Origin: Bordetella parapertussis
GTDB taxonomy: Bacteria; Pseudomonadota; Gammaproteobacteria; Burkholderiales; Burkholderiaceae_E
Length of the DNA stretch: 64,000 bases
Direction: 5' to 3'
NCBI GenBank assembly: GCA_945883285.1
Contig: CAMCXH010000002.1
Span: 2,898 to 66,897 of the forward strand
Numbering within the stretch: position 1 is the first letter of the stretch; each line of letters begins with the position of its first letter. The notes beneath the pieces were generated by a model. The model did not search any database, was not told where the DNA came from, and worked only from the letters and a program-made list of their open reading frames with translations. Below, piece by piece: positions 26,844 to 36,600 of the stretch. The translations under genes and the position numbers were made by a program.

Positions 26844-27402
26844 GACTGTCTCGTCGGTCGTCAAAGCTGAGGGTGGGCTGATTCCAGGCGTCGCGGGTGT
26901 CGGTGCAGACCGACTTGCCGTTGTCTTCGACGATGAAACGGATCGGCAGAAGATGGTTGCGGGCGTACTTCATCGATTCGTGGGCGATGCCGGTTTCGGC
27001 GGTCATCTCGCCCATGAAGCAATGGACCATCGCGTCTTCGCTGCGTCGCTTGATCGCCATGGCGGTACCGATCGCGATCGGCAGCACGCCACCGACAATC
27101 GCCGACGAATAGATGCGGTGCTCGGGAAAGCACAGCGAGATCGATCGTCCGGCCATGATCTCGTCAAGCACCTCCTGCGGCGGCACGCCCTTTAGCAGGC
27201 ACTGGTAGTGCGAGCGCCACGAGCAGAACAGCCAGTCGTTGGGCCGCACGTCCTTGAAGACGTCGATCATCTCGGCTTCATTGCCCGAGTAGAGGTGCAC
27301 CGGCGCGCGAATTTTTGCGTCGTTGAACAGTGCGGCCACCTTGTCTTCGAAGGCGATGAGGTCTTCCTGGGTCATCATGGTCATTCCTGTGAGGCTCATC
27401 AC
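26776..27402 (-). CDS. TPP-dependent E1 alpha-like small subunit
   Basis: VHLYSGNEA..., IVGGVLPIAIGTAMA, and a TPP motif variant GEMTAETG...(x)...IVEDNGKS. Only ~208 aa, versus my recollection of well over 300 aa for canonical E1 alpha. Confidence 0.75.
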   Translation of the reverse strand: MMSLTGMTMMTQEDLIAFEDKVAALFNDAKIRAPVHLYSGNEAEMIDVFKDVRPNDWLFCSWRSHYQCLLKGVPPQEVLDEIMAGRSISLCFPEHRIYSSAIVGGVLPIAIGTAMAIKRRSEDAMVHCFMGEMTAETGIAHESMKYARNHLLPIRFIVEDNGKSVCTDTRDAWNQPTLSFDDRRDSHVHYYRYQTRYPHAGAGQRVQF

Positions 27403-28394
27403 AGGCCGTTGGGTTGGTAGAGCATCACGCGGCTGCCGGACTCATCGAATCCGAAGGGCACATGAATCAGCTTGCTCAGTCGCTCGCGCACCCGGGTCTG
27501 ATGCTCCGGGCGCACGAAAAACAGCATGAATCCGCCGCCGCCCGCGCCCAGCACCTTGCCGCCGATAGCGCCTGCGTCGCGCGCGGCTTCATAGATCTGA
27601 TCGACTTCGGGGGTGGCGACCTTGTCGGACAGGGCCCGCTTGTGTTGCCACGACTCGTGCAGCAGATCGCCGAATTCTTCGATCGGACGGGTCGGGCTCT
27701 GCAGGATCTGGGTGGCCTCGTCGACCATGCCTTGCATGGCCTTGAGTTCGGTCTCGCGCTTGTTCAGGTTCGCAATCTTGGATTTGGCCACTTCGGCTGC
27801 GATGCGCGAGATGCCGGTAAAGCACAGCATCAGATGCTTCTGGAAGTCTTTCTGGCGCTGCTTTTTGAGGATCACCGGCGAGACGCTGAAATTGCCGCTG
27901 CGTTTGAATTCGATCCGGTTGAAGCCGCCATAGGCTGCGGCGATCTGGTCCTGCGAGCCGACGGCTTCGCCGATCACGTTCTGTTCGATATGCAGCGCAT
28001 CCTTGGAGAGCTGCTCTTTCGAGACATAGCTGCCCTTGAGCGCCGCGAGGGCGTGCAGCAAGCCGACGGTGAAGGACGAGCTCGAGCCCAGGCCGGAGCG
28101 GGCAGGCAGGTCGCCGTCGTGGTGGATCTCCATGCCCTTGTCGCACTTGGACCAGCCGAGAACCGCGCGCACGGAAGGGTGCTTGATCTCATCCCAGTGC
28201 TTGACGTTTTCGATCGCCGAGTAGACCACCCGGTGCTTGTGCTCGAAAAAGGGCGGGAGATGCCGGCAGGTGATGTAGCAGTATTTGTCGATCGTGGTCG
28301 AGAGCACTTCGCCGCCGTGCTGGGTATACCAGCCGGGATAGTCGGTCCCGCCGCCGAAAAAGGAGATCCGAAAGGGAGTGCGGGTGATGATCAT
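27399..28394 (-). CDS. hddA: GHMP-family sugar kinase (HddA-type D-glycero-D-manno-heptose 7-phosphate kinase-like)
   Basis: MIITRTPFRISFFGGGTDYP..., GHMP motif LPARSGLGSSSSF. Start moved to ATG 28394. Confidence 0.85.
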   Translation of the reverse strand: MIITRTPFRISFFGGGTDYPGWYTQHGGEVLSTTIDKYCYITCRHLPPFFEHKHRVVYSAIENVKHWDEIKHPSVRAVLGWSKCDKGMEIHHDGDLPARSGLGSSSSFTVGLLHALAALKGSYVSKEQLSKDALHIEQNVIGEAVGSQDQIAAAYGGFNRIEFKRSGNFSVSPVILKKQRQKDFQKHLMLCFTGISRIAAEVAKSKIANLNKRETELKAMQGMVDEATQILQSPTRPIEEFGDLLHESWQHKRALSDKVATPEVDQIYEAARDAGAIGGKVLGAGGGGFMLFFVRPEHQTRVRERLSKLIHVPFGFDESGSRVMLYQPNGL

Positions 28395-28522
28395 TGGCTG
28401 AGCGCTGGATCGCGGGTTCTGTTCGGTACTGTTTTTTTTGCGGTTGGCGCCGGGGTTCGAGCGCACCATGAAAAGCATGGTATTCAGGGGGGCGAAAATC
28501 TTGAGCCCGATAAGCGACCGTT

Positions 28523-29149
28523 TTGCTGCCTATTTCTGACCCTTCGATCGCCGCTGGCGCTGCGCCCGATCCCGCGTCAGCGCCTCGCCCCGAATCGCTG
28601 CGCGAGCTCTTCATCGTCTTCACGCTGCTGGCGCTGCGCGGATTCGGTGGCGTGCTGCCCTGGGCCCAGCGGGTGCTGGTCGAGGAGCGCGGCTGGCTGA
28701 GCCGTGAGCAGTTCACCGAATACCTGGCCTTCGGCCAGCTTTTGCCCGGCCCGAATATCTGCAATCTGGCGATCATGGTCGGCGACCGCTGGTTTGGCTG
28801 GCGCGGGTCGCTGGCCGCACTCGGCGGCATGCTCGGCATGCCGATGGTGGTTGTGCTCGGGCTCGCTCTCTTGTATGGACAGGTTGCGGATGACCCGGTG
28901 GTGCGCCGCGCACTCGGCGGAATGGGCGCGGTGGCCGGTGGCATGATCATGGCCACCGCACTCAAGCTCGCCATGGCGCAACGCAAGCGCTGGCGCTGGC
29001 TGATCTTCGGTGTGCTGGCCTTCGCAGGTGTCGGGCTGCTGCACCTGAAACTGCTCTGGGTGGTCGCGGGGCTGGCGCCGATCGCCACCCTGATGGCCTG
29101 GCTGGCGCTGCGCGACAAGCGTGACAACGCGCGAGGCCCGCGGTCATGA
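28523..29149 (+). CDS. Chromate transporter (CHR) family protein, short-chain N-type half
   Basis: LALRGFGGVLPWAQRVLVEERGWL...FGQLLPGPN. Confidence 0.8.
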   Translation: MLPISDPSIAAGAAPDPASAPRPESLRELFIVFTLLALRGFGGVLPWAQRVLVEERGWLSREQFTEYLAFGQLLPGPNICNLAIMVGDRWFGWRGSLAALGGMLGMPMVVVLGLALLYGQVADDPVVRRALGGMGAVAGGMIMATALKLAMAQRKRWRWLIFGVLAFAGVGLLHLKLLWVVAGLAPIATLMAWLALRDKRDNARGPRS

Positions 29150-29679
29150 CGCATGCCGACGCCCTCGACCTGTTCTTGCGATTCGCCGCGCTGTCGCTGC
29201 TGGCAGTCGGCGGCGCCCTCGGGACGGCGCCCGAAATGAGGCGTTTTCTGGTGGACGAGCGGCACTGGATCTCGGGTGTGCAATTCACCGATTCGATCGC
29301 GATTGCGCAGGCCGCGCCGGGGCCGAACATCCTCTTTGTGACCCTGCTCGGCTGGCAGGCTGGCGGAGCACTCGGTGCCTTTGCGGCCACTGCCGGTCTG
29401 ATGCTGCCATCGAGCGTGGTGACCTGGTCGGCCTGGCGCTGGAAGCGTGCCAGCGAGGATGCGCCTCTGGTGGCGGCGATTCGCCTGGGGCTGTCACCGC
29501 TGGCCATCGGCCTGACCGCGTCGGCCGGCTGGGTGGTGGCAGACGGCAGCAATCATGGCGATCTGCGGATGTGGGCACTGACTCTGGTGACGGTGGTCAT
29601 TGTTGCGACGACCCGCCTGAACATGCTCTGGCTGATCGGGGCCGGTGCGCTGCTCGGTGCGCTCGGTTGGGTGGGCTAG
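29146..29679 (+). CDS. Chromate transporter (CHR) family protein, short-chain C-type half
   Basis: LSLLAVGGALGTAPEM...AIAQAAPGPN. ATGA overlap with the preceding half. Confidence 0.8.
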   Translation: MTHADALDLFLRFAALSLLAVGGALGTAPEMRRFLVDERHWISGVQFTDSIAIAQAAPGPNILFVTLLGWQAGGALGAFAATAGLMLPSSVVTWSAWRWKRASEDAPLVAAIRLGLSPLAIGLTASAGWVVADGSNHGDLRMWALTLVTVVIVATTRLNMLWLIGAGALLGALGWVG

Positions 29680-29806
29680 TCGGCTCCCAGGCTTCGACCG
29701 GTAGTCGATACCGTCGGTCATGGGCATTGTCCATGAGCCCGGTGGCATCATTGAGGGCTGAGCGGTCGGGCACTGTCGCATCGACCGACGCAAGGGAGCA
29801 TCGCCC

Positions 29807-30763
29807 ATGAAGCGCAAAGTGTTCGTCGACGGCCAGGAAGGCACCACCGGCCTGCAGATTCGTGACCGGCTGATCGCCCATGACGGTGTGCAGCTGCTCG
29901 AGATCGAATCCGAGCGGCGCAAGGATATTGCCCGTCGTGCCGAGCTGATCAACCAGGCCGATGCGGTCTTTCTGTGTCTGCCCGACGACGCCGCCCGCGA
30001 GTCGGTGGCACTGATCGAGGCCGGCAACACTCGCACCGGCGTCATCGATGCCAGCACTGCGCATCGGGTCGCACCCGGCTGGACCTACGGCCTGCCCGAA
30101 CTGCGTGCGGGCCAGCGCGAGGCGATCAGAGCCTCAAGACGGGTCGCCGTCACCGGCTGCCATGCTGCCGGTTTCATTCTGGCGATCGCGCCGCTGGTGG
30201 CTGCCGGGCTGCTTCCCCCCGACTATCCGGTCGCGTGTCATTCGCTGACCGGGTATTCCGGTGGCGGCAAGAAGATGATCGCCGACTATGAATCGGCGCG
30301 TGACAGCCGAGCGCTCGATGCTGCCCGGTTCTACAGCCTGGGCTTGTCGCACAAGCACCTGCCCGAGATGCAGGCCTATACCGGTCTGGCCTTTGCGCCG
30401 GTGTTCGTGCCGATCGTCGACAACTTCTACAAAGGCATGGCGGTGGCCCTGCCGCTGCAACTGCGCCTGCTCGCGCCCGGCACAACCCGCGCGAGCATTC
30501 ATCGGGCGCTGTCGGCGCACTACGAGGGCGAGCGCTTCGTGCGGGTCATGCCACTCGATGCCGACTCGAATACCGAGGGCGGCTTTTTCGATCCCATGGC
30601 CACCAACGACACCAATCGCAACGATCTCTTTGTCTTTGGCAACGACGATCGCGTGCTGGTGGTCTCGCGTCTGGACAATCTCGGCAAGGGTGCCTCGGGT
30701 GCGGCCGTGCAGTGCATGAACCTGATGCTGGGCTTCGAGGAGTCGACCGCACTCCTTGCCTGA
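29807..30763 (+). CDS. argC: N-acetyl-gamma-glutamyl-phosphate reductase (short type)
   Basis: MKRKVFVDGQEGTTGLQI...; active-site region VAVTGCHAAG; NLGKGASGAAVQ. Confidence 0.9.
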   Translation: MKRKVFVDGQEGTTGLQIRDRLIAHDGVQLLEIESERRKDIARRAELINQADAVFLCLPDDAARESVALIEAGNTRTGVIDASTAHRVAPGWTYGLPELRAGQREAIRASRRVAVTGCHAAGFILAIAPLVAAGLLPPDYPVACHSLTGYSGGGKKMIADYESARDSRALDAARFYSLGLSHKHLPEMQAYTGLAFAPVFVPIVDNFYKGMAVALPLQLRLLAPGTTRASIHRALSAHYEGERFVRVMPLDADSNTEGGFFDPMATNDTNRNDLFVFGNDDRVLVVSRLDNLGKGASGAAVQCMNLMLGFEESTALLA

Positions 30764-30795
30764 CATTGCGACGGAGCCAGGCCCGGTGGGTCGCT

Positions 30796-33522
30796 TCAGT
30801 CGCCCAGCACCGCGCGCCACAGCCGCAGCACCGTGTCGCGCTGGTCGCTGATGGTGCCGGCCTCGACCCGGGCAAAACGCGCATCGTTGAGTCGCAACAG
30901 ATGCTGCATGCGACGGAAATCGCGATAGGCCTGGGCGCACAGTTCGGCATCGTGCGCGTCGATCAGGCCGGCCTTCGCTGCGCGCTCAAGCAGCGCGATG
31001 TTGCCGACATTGTCGAGCAGTTTGGGATGCTGCGAGGCATGACCCAGCACCAGGGTCTGCACCAGAAACTCAATGTCGACCATGCCGCCGCGGTCGTGCT
31101 TGATATCGAACAGACCGCTGGCATTCGGATGGGCGTCCAGCATCTTGTGCCGCATCGCCCCAACCGCTTCGCGCAGGGTATTGAGGTCGCGGGGCAGGGC
31201 CAGGATTTCGCGACGCAGCGACTCGAAACGCTCGCCGATCGCTGAATCGCCGGTCGCGAACCGGGCTCGGGTGAGCGCCTGATGCTCCCAGGTCCAGGCC
31301 GATTCGAGCTGATAGATCCGGAAGGCATTCAGGTTCGAGACCAGCAGGCCGGCGTTGCCGTTGGGCCGCAGGCGCAGGTCGATCTCGAAAAGCTGGCCGG
31401 CAGCGGTGCGGGTTGACAGCCACGCCGACAGGCGCTGAGCGAGCTGGGCATAAGTCGGCTGCGCGTTCTCGTGCTCGTCGTCATACAGAAAGACCAGGTC
31501 GAGGTCGGAGGCATAGCCCAGCTCCTTGCCGCCGAGCTTGCCGTAGGCGATGACCGCAAAGCGGGGCGTGTCGCGGTGCCGGTGGCGAACCTGCTGCCAT
31601 GCGCAGGCCATCGAAAGCGTCAGCACCCGATCGGCCAGCTCGCTCAGATGGTCGGACAGTCGCTCGACGCTCAGGCGACCGGCCAGATCCTGGGCCAGAA
31701 GCCTGAACACCTGGGCATGATGGGCTTCGCGCATCACATCCATCTGGCGCTCGATATCCGGCTGTCCACCCAAGGGCGCGAGCGCGGCCAGAGCGGACTG
31801 CGTATCGCGTTCCCAGCTCGGATAGTCCGGTGGCTCGAGCACCTGTCCGTCGAGCAGTTCATCGAGCACGATCGGATGGCGCATGAGGTAATCGGCTGCC
31901 CAGCGAGTCTGGCCGATCATGCGAAGCAGCTGGCGAAAAGTGCTCGGAAACTGCACCAGCAGGGCCAGATACGCCGGACGCCCGGCGATCGTCTCGAGCA
32001 GGTCGGCGAGGCGCCCAAGCCAGGCGTCATGGGGCGCGCCGATCTCGGCGGCTTCGCGCAGGGCCATCTCGAGCAACTGGTCGATGCGCCGCTGCGTGTC
32101 GGGCCTGGCCAGGCGATAGCGCCGACCTTCGCGCAGCGCATCGATACGTGCCTGACTTGCCTCATCAAGGACCTGCGGCGGCGATGCTGCATCGCCTTCG
32201 GCCACCTCCGGCGTACCGAGCAGGCTGTCGAAGACCGTGACGACATGTTCCCGGGCGTTGGCGAGCGCGAAGGTGAAGGCATCGACCGGCATGTCGAGCA
32301 TCGCAGCGATGCGCGCCTGGATCTGCCGGTCATCGGGCAACCGGTGGGTCTGGGCATCGTCCTGGTATTGCAGTGCGTGTTCGATGCGCCGCAGCAGCTG
32401 GTAAGCCTGCGCGAGGCCTTCGACCGCCTGGGAGTCGAGCAGGCGCCGCTGCGCAAGCGTCTGCAGGGTGACCAGCGTGCGGCGGTCGCGAAGCAGGGCG
32501 TCCCGGCCACCGCGCACCACCTGGAAGAGCTGCGCGCAGAACTCGATTTCCCGGATCCCGCCGCGGCCGATCTTGACGTCGATGCCGCCGCCGTCGCGCG
32601 CGTCGCGGCGCATGCTGCGGCGGGTCGATTCGGTGCGGATCAGTTCGTGAAGGTCGCGCATCGCGTCGATCGCGGCGAAGTCAAGATAGCGGCGGTAGAC
32701 GAAGGGCTCGACGATGGCGCCCAGTTGCGCCTCGTCGACTCGCCGTGCAGCGTCGCCGGCCAATCCGGAGTCGGCGATGACGCAGGCCTTGACCCAGGCG
32801 AAGCGTTCCCATTCACGGCCCTGGTCGTAGAAATAGTGCTCGAGCATCGGCAGGTTGACCACCAGCGGGCCGGCGTCGCCGTTGGGGCGCAATCGGGTAT
32901 CGACCCGAAAGACAAAGCCGTCTTCGGTCACATCCGACAGCGTCCCGCAGAGCTTGCGGGCCGCCCGATGAAAAAATTCACCGCTGCTCAGGCGCCCGCC
33001 CTCGGTCTGTCCGCCATCGCGGTGCGCAAAGACCAGGTCGATGTCAGAGGACACATTGAGTTCGTTGCCGCCGATCTTGCCCATGCCGATCACCAGCAGG
33101 TCCTGCGGTGCCCCCTCGCTGTCGAGCGGACGACCATGGACAGCCGCCAGCTCGGCGGCGGCATGGCGCAATGCCACCTCGACCGCGCGAATCGCCCAGG
33201 CACTGATCGCACCGCACACCTCGGACAGCGGCGCATGCTGGGTGACATCGCGTTCGATGATCGCCATGACCAGGAGCTGGCGCATCCGTCGCAGTGCCGG
33301 CCCCGGATCGATTGCCGCTCGCCCCTCGGGGGTGTCCGGTGAGCCTTTCGGTCTGGACAGCGATTCGACCGTCGCCCAGCATTGATCGATCACCGGTGCA
33401 TCGAGTGCCTGAGCGACGAGTGCGGGCAGCAGATCGGCGATGGCCGGCTGTCGGCGCTGCAGCGCATCAAGCGTCCGAACGAACCAGGCCGAATGCGATC
33501 GTGCTGCGTAAGTCTCTGTCAT
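30796..33522 (-). CDS. glnE: Bifunctional glutamine synthetase adenylyltransferase/adenylyl-removing enzyme
   Basis: 908 aa from ATG 33522. Duplicated nucleotidyltransferase modules (GKIGGNELNVSSDIDLVF and GKLGGKELGYASDLDLVF). Confidence 0.92.
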   Translation of the reverse strand: MTETYAARSHSAWFVRTLDALQRRQPAIADLLPALVAQALDAPVIDQCWATVESLSRPKGSPDTPEGRAAIDPGPALRRMRQLLVMAIIERDVTQHAPLSEVCGAISAWAIRAVEVALRHAAAELAAVHGRPLDSEGAPQDLLVIGMGKIGGNELNVSSDIDLVFAHRDGGQTEGGRLSSGEFFHRAARKLCGTLSDVTEDGFVFRVDTRLRPNGDAGPLVVNLPMLEHYFYDQGREWERFAWVKACVIADSGLAGDAARRVDEAQLGAIVEPFVYRRYLDFAAIDAMRDLHELIRTESTRRSMRRDARDGGGIDVKIGRGGIREIEFCAQLFQVVRGGRDALLRDRRTLVTLQTLAQRRLLDSQAVEGLAQAYQLLRRIEHALQYQDDAQTHRLPDDRQIQARIAAMLDMPVDAFTFALANAREHVVTVFDSLLGTPEVAEGDAASPPQVLDEASQARIDALREGRRYRLARPDTQRRIDQLLEMALREAAEIGAPHDAWLGRLADLLETIAGRPAYLALLVQFPSTFRQLLRMIGQTRWAADYLMRHPIVLDELLDGQVLEPPDYPSWERDTQSALAALAPLGGQPDIERQMDVMREAHHAQVFRLLAQDLAGRLSVERLSDHLSELADRVLTLSMACAWQQVRHRHRDTPRFAVIAYGKLGGKELGYASDLDLVFLYDDEHENAQPTYAQLAQRLSAWLSTRTAAGQLFEIDLRLRPNGNAGLLVSNLNAFRIYQLESAWTWEHQALTRARFATGDSAIGERFESLRREILALPRDLNTLREAVGAMRHKMLDAHPNASGLFDIKHDRGGMVDIEFLVQTLVLGHASQHPKLLDNVGNIALLERAAKAGLIDAHDAELCAQAYRDFRRMQHLLRLNDARFARVEAGTISDQRDTVLRLWRAVLGD

Positions 33523-33645
33523 GGCAGGATTTTTTGCGGGATCCGCAGGCTGTGAAGGCACTGCCACTATGCTACCTTTCAACGGCTGCCGATATCGGCT
33601 CAGCCATTGTTCGCCGGTCGGACGCCGCCCCCAGACCCTCCTTTG

Positions 33646-36600
33646 ATGACCACCCCCCAGAGTTCGCCGTTTGCCCGATGGGGAGGCCTGCTGGCGACCC
33701 TGGCAATCGTTCTGACCTGCCTGAGCGCGGCGTCCTATGCGTCGGTACGATATCTGGTGTGGCCTCGACTCGATGCCTGGCGTCCCCAGATTGCGACCCT
33801 GCTCGAAAGCCGGATCGGTCATCCGGTGTCGATCGGCGCCCTGCATCCCGGCTGGCAGGGCTTTTCACCGACGCTGAGCATCGATGATCTGAGTCTGGCC
33901 AGTGCCGCAGGCGAGTTGCATCTGTCGCTCGCGCAGGCGCATGGCAGTCTCGATATCCGCTCGCTACTGCGCGGCGCGCCGAGGTTTTCGCAGTTGCGCC
34001 TTGAGCGCCCGGTGGTCGTGATCGAGCGGCTGCCAGGCAAACGGATCATGGTGGCCGGGCGGATTCTCGACGACTCCAATGCCGCCGTGCAGGCGGCGAT
34101 TGCCTGGCTGCTCGTGCAGGAAGGTCTGACGGTTCACGACCTGTCGGTTCGTTTTGTCGACCGGACTGGCGAGCTGGCGTCGCGACAGCTCGAGGGTGTC
34201 GATCTCGAGCTGCGCAATCAGGGTCTGCATCATCAGATGCTCGCGTTGCTGGAACGTCCGTCCGACGGGCTCGAGGGCTTGCGGGCGGTGCTCGATTTCA
34301 GGCGACCGGATCATGCGGCAGCCGGTAACTGGAACCGCTGGCAGGGCGATGCCTATCTGGCGCTCACCGGCCTGGCGCTCGGGTCGGTCGATTCGATGGC
34401 TGTGGCCTTGAATCCCGACCTGCCAAAGGCCCTGGCCAGCGCGAGCGGACTGTTCGATCAGCTCGCCTGGGCGCGTTTCGACAAGGGTGCCCTGACCGAG
34501 GCGACTGCCAAACTGCAGGCGAGTCGGATTGCGGTCGACCTTGATGCGGCGCGTCTGGCCCTGCAATCCCTGAGTGCCCAGGCGCATCTCTTGCCGCGGG
34601 CCGACGGCGGCTATCAGCTGCGGCTCGCGCAACTGTCAGCCACCGACGGACAGGGGTTCTCGATCGCCACATCGGACGATGCCGAGATCGCGCTCGATGC
34701 GCGAGGTCGGGTGCAGGCCGCGCGTGCCCTGCTTGCCCCGATCGACCTTGGTGCCGCGCTCGAGGCGCTTCGGCGCCAGGCGCTGGCCCCGCCGCTGGCA
34801 CAGCGTCTGCGTCCCTGGCAAGGTGCGGGCAGCCTGCGCGACCTTGACCTGCGATGGGGTGCCCGACCCGATGGCTCGTCGGGCCTCGAGGCCGCAGCGA
34901 GCTTCGAGGCGCTGGCGCTTCGGCATCGTGGCGCTGGGTCAGGTGCCGATCAGCGGGGCGCCAATGCACCGGGCGTCTCGAGGCTGTCCGGCTCGCTGCG
35001 GTTTTCCCCCGAGGGCGGCAAGGTGATGCTTCAAAGCCGCGATGCCACGCTTCACGCTCCGGCAGCGATGGCAATGGCGCCGATCGAATTCGATCGGCTC
35101 GAGGGCGAGATCGGCTGGACCCGGGCGATCGAGGCCGGCAGGCCGACGATGATCGTTTCGATGCCCAGTCTGCGGTTTTCGAATGTTGATGCCGCCGGCG
35201 AGGTTCGCGCCGACTGGCGCGAGCAGCCGCGCGGGCCGGGGCGGCTGGCCTTGTCCGGAATGCTCGATCGCCTCGATGCCCGCAAAGTGGCGCGCTACCT
35301 GCCCAGGCCGTTGCCCGAGAGCCTGCGCAGCTGGCTGGGCGACGCCCTGCTCGGTGGTCGCGCCGAGCAGGTCGGCTTCTCGCTTGAAGGCGATCTGCGT
35401 GACTTCCCGTTTCGCCAGCCCGAACAAGGGCATTTCCGTGTCGCCGCACGACTCAGCGATGTGACGCTGGCTTTCCTGCCCGACTGGCCATCCATCGACC
35501 AGATCAATGCGACTCTGACGATCGATCGGGTGGCGGTCCTGATCGATGCGCAATCCGGCCGGATGGGCAAGCTGCATTTGTCGGAGGTCAGTACCCGCAT
35601 CGGCGACTACAGCGCGGCGGTGGTGAAGATCGACGGGCGGGTGCTGGGCGCGGCGCGCGACATGCTCGGCGTGATCGAGGCCAGTCCGATCGCCTCCGCC
35701 ATTCCCGCTTCCGCACACAATCTCGAGGTCAGTGGCAACGCCGTGCTCGCCCTGAGCCTGAGCGTGCCGCTTGCCGATGCTGATCGGACCTCGCTTGCCG
35801 GGCATCTCGAACTGCCCGGCAATGACATCCTGTTCGATGACACCCTGGCCGAGTTCAAAGGCCTGCATGGCAGCCTGATCTTCAATGAACGATCGCTCGA
35901 GCAGGCCGATCTGCGCGCGAGCTTTCTGGGCGGACCGATCCGGATTCAGGCGCACAGTCCCGAGTCCGGGCACGTCCTGGTCGAAGCGAGCGGAAACATC
36001 GATGCAACCGGCCTGCGGCAGGTGGTCGACAATGCGCTGACCCGGCGGATCGAGGGTGGCACCGCCTATCTCGCCAAGCTCGATATCGGGTCGCAGGGAT
36101 CGACCCTTCAGCTCGATTCTGATCTGGTGGGGGTGATCAGCAGCCTGCCTGCGCCTTTTGCCAAGCGTGCAGAGGAGACCTGGCCGCTGCGCCTCGAGTC
36201 GCGGCCGATCGCGGTGCCGACTCAGGTGCCGACTCAGGTGGGCCGCTCATCGAAGCCCGAATCACCGGGAGACCATATCGACCTCACTCTGGGTAAGGCG
36301 GTCACCATCAGTGTCGAGCGTGAACGCGACGCGGCGGGTGAGCGGTTGATGATCCGCCGCGGGGGCGTCGGGATCGGTGCCGAGCCGGTCCTTCGCGATA
36401 CCGGCCTGTCGGTGCTGGTACGCGGCCGCGAACTCGATCTCGATGTCTGGCGAAACCTGCTGTCCGACAGTGAACTCGATCGGATGCGAAAGAGCAGCGC
36501 AGGCAGCTTCCCGTCGGGCATGTCGATCGTGCCGGAGTACGTCTCGCTGGTGGTCGACAATCTGCGCATCGGTGGCCAGCGCCTTCATGACGTGGTCTTT

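Noticed and set aside
28523-29679. Chromate transporter split into two ORFs; possible pseudogene or frameshift
   Set aside because: The two halves each begin with their own conserved CHR N-terminal motif (…GG.L…, …GPN) and are joined by an ATGA overlap. This fits the known short-chain CHR gene-pair arrangement rather than a disrupted long ChrA.
30796-33846. 1016-aa version of glnE and similar long N-terminal extensions (yhdP 33607, amidase 51287, SDR 23905, hddA 28478, FAD oxidase 52469)
   Set aside because: The extensions are Arg/Gly/Pro-rich and overlap neighbouring genes or promoters. Internal ATGs give N-termini matching the family consensus and sensible intergenic spacing.
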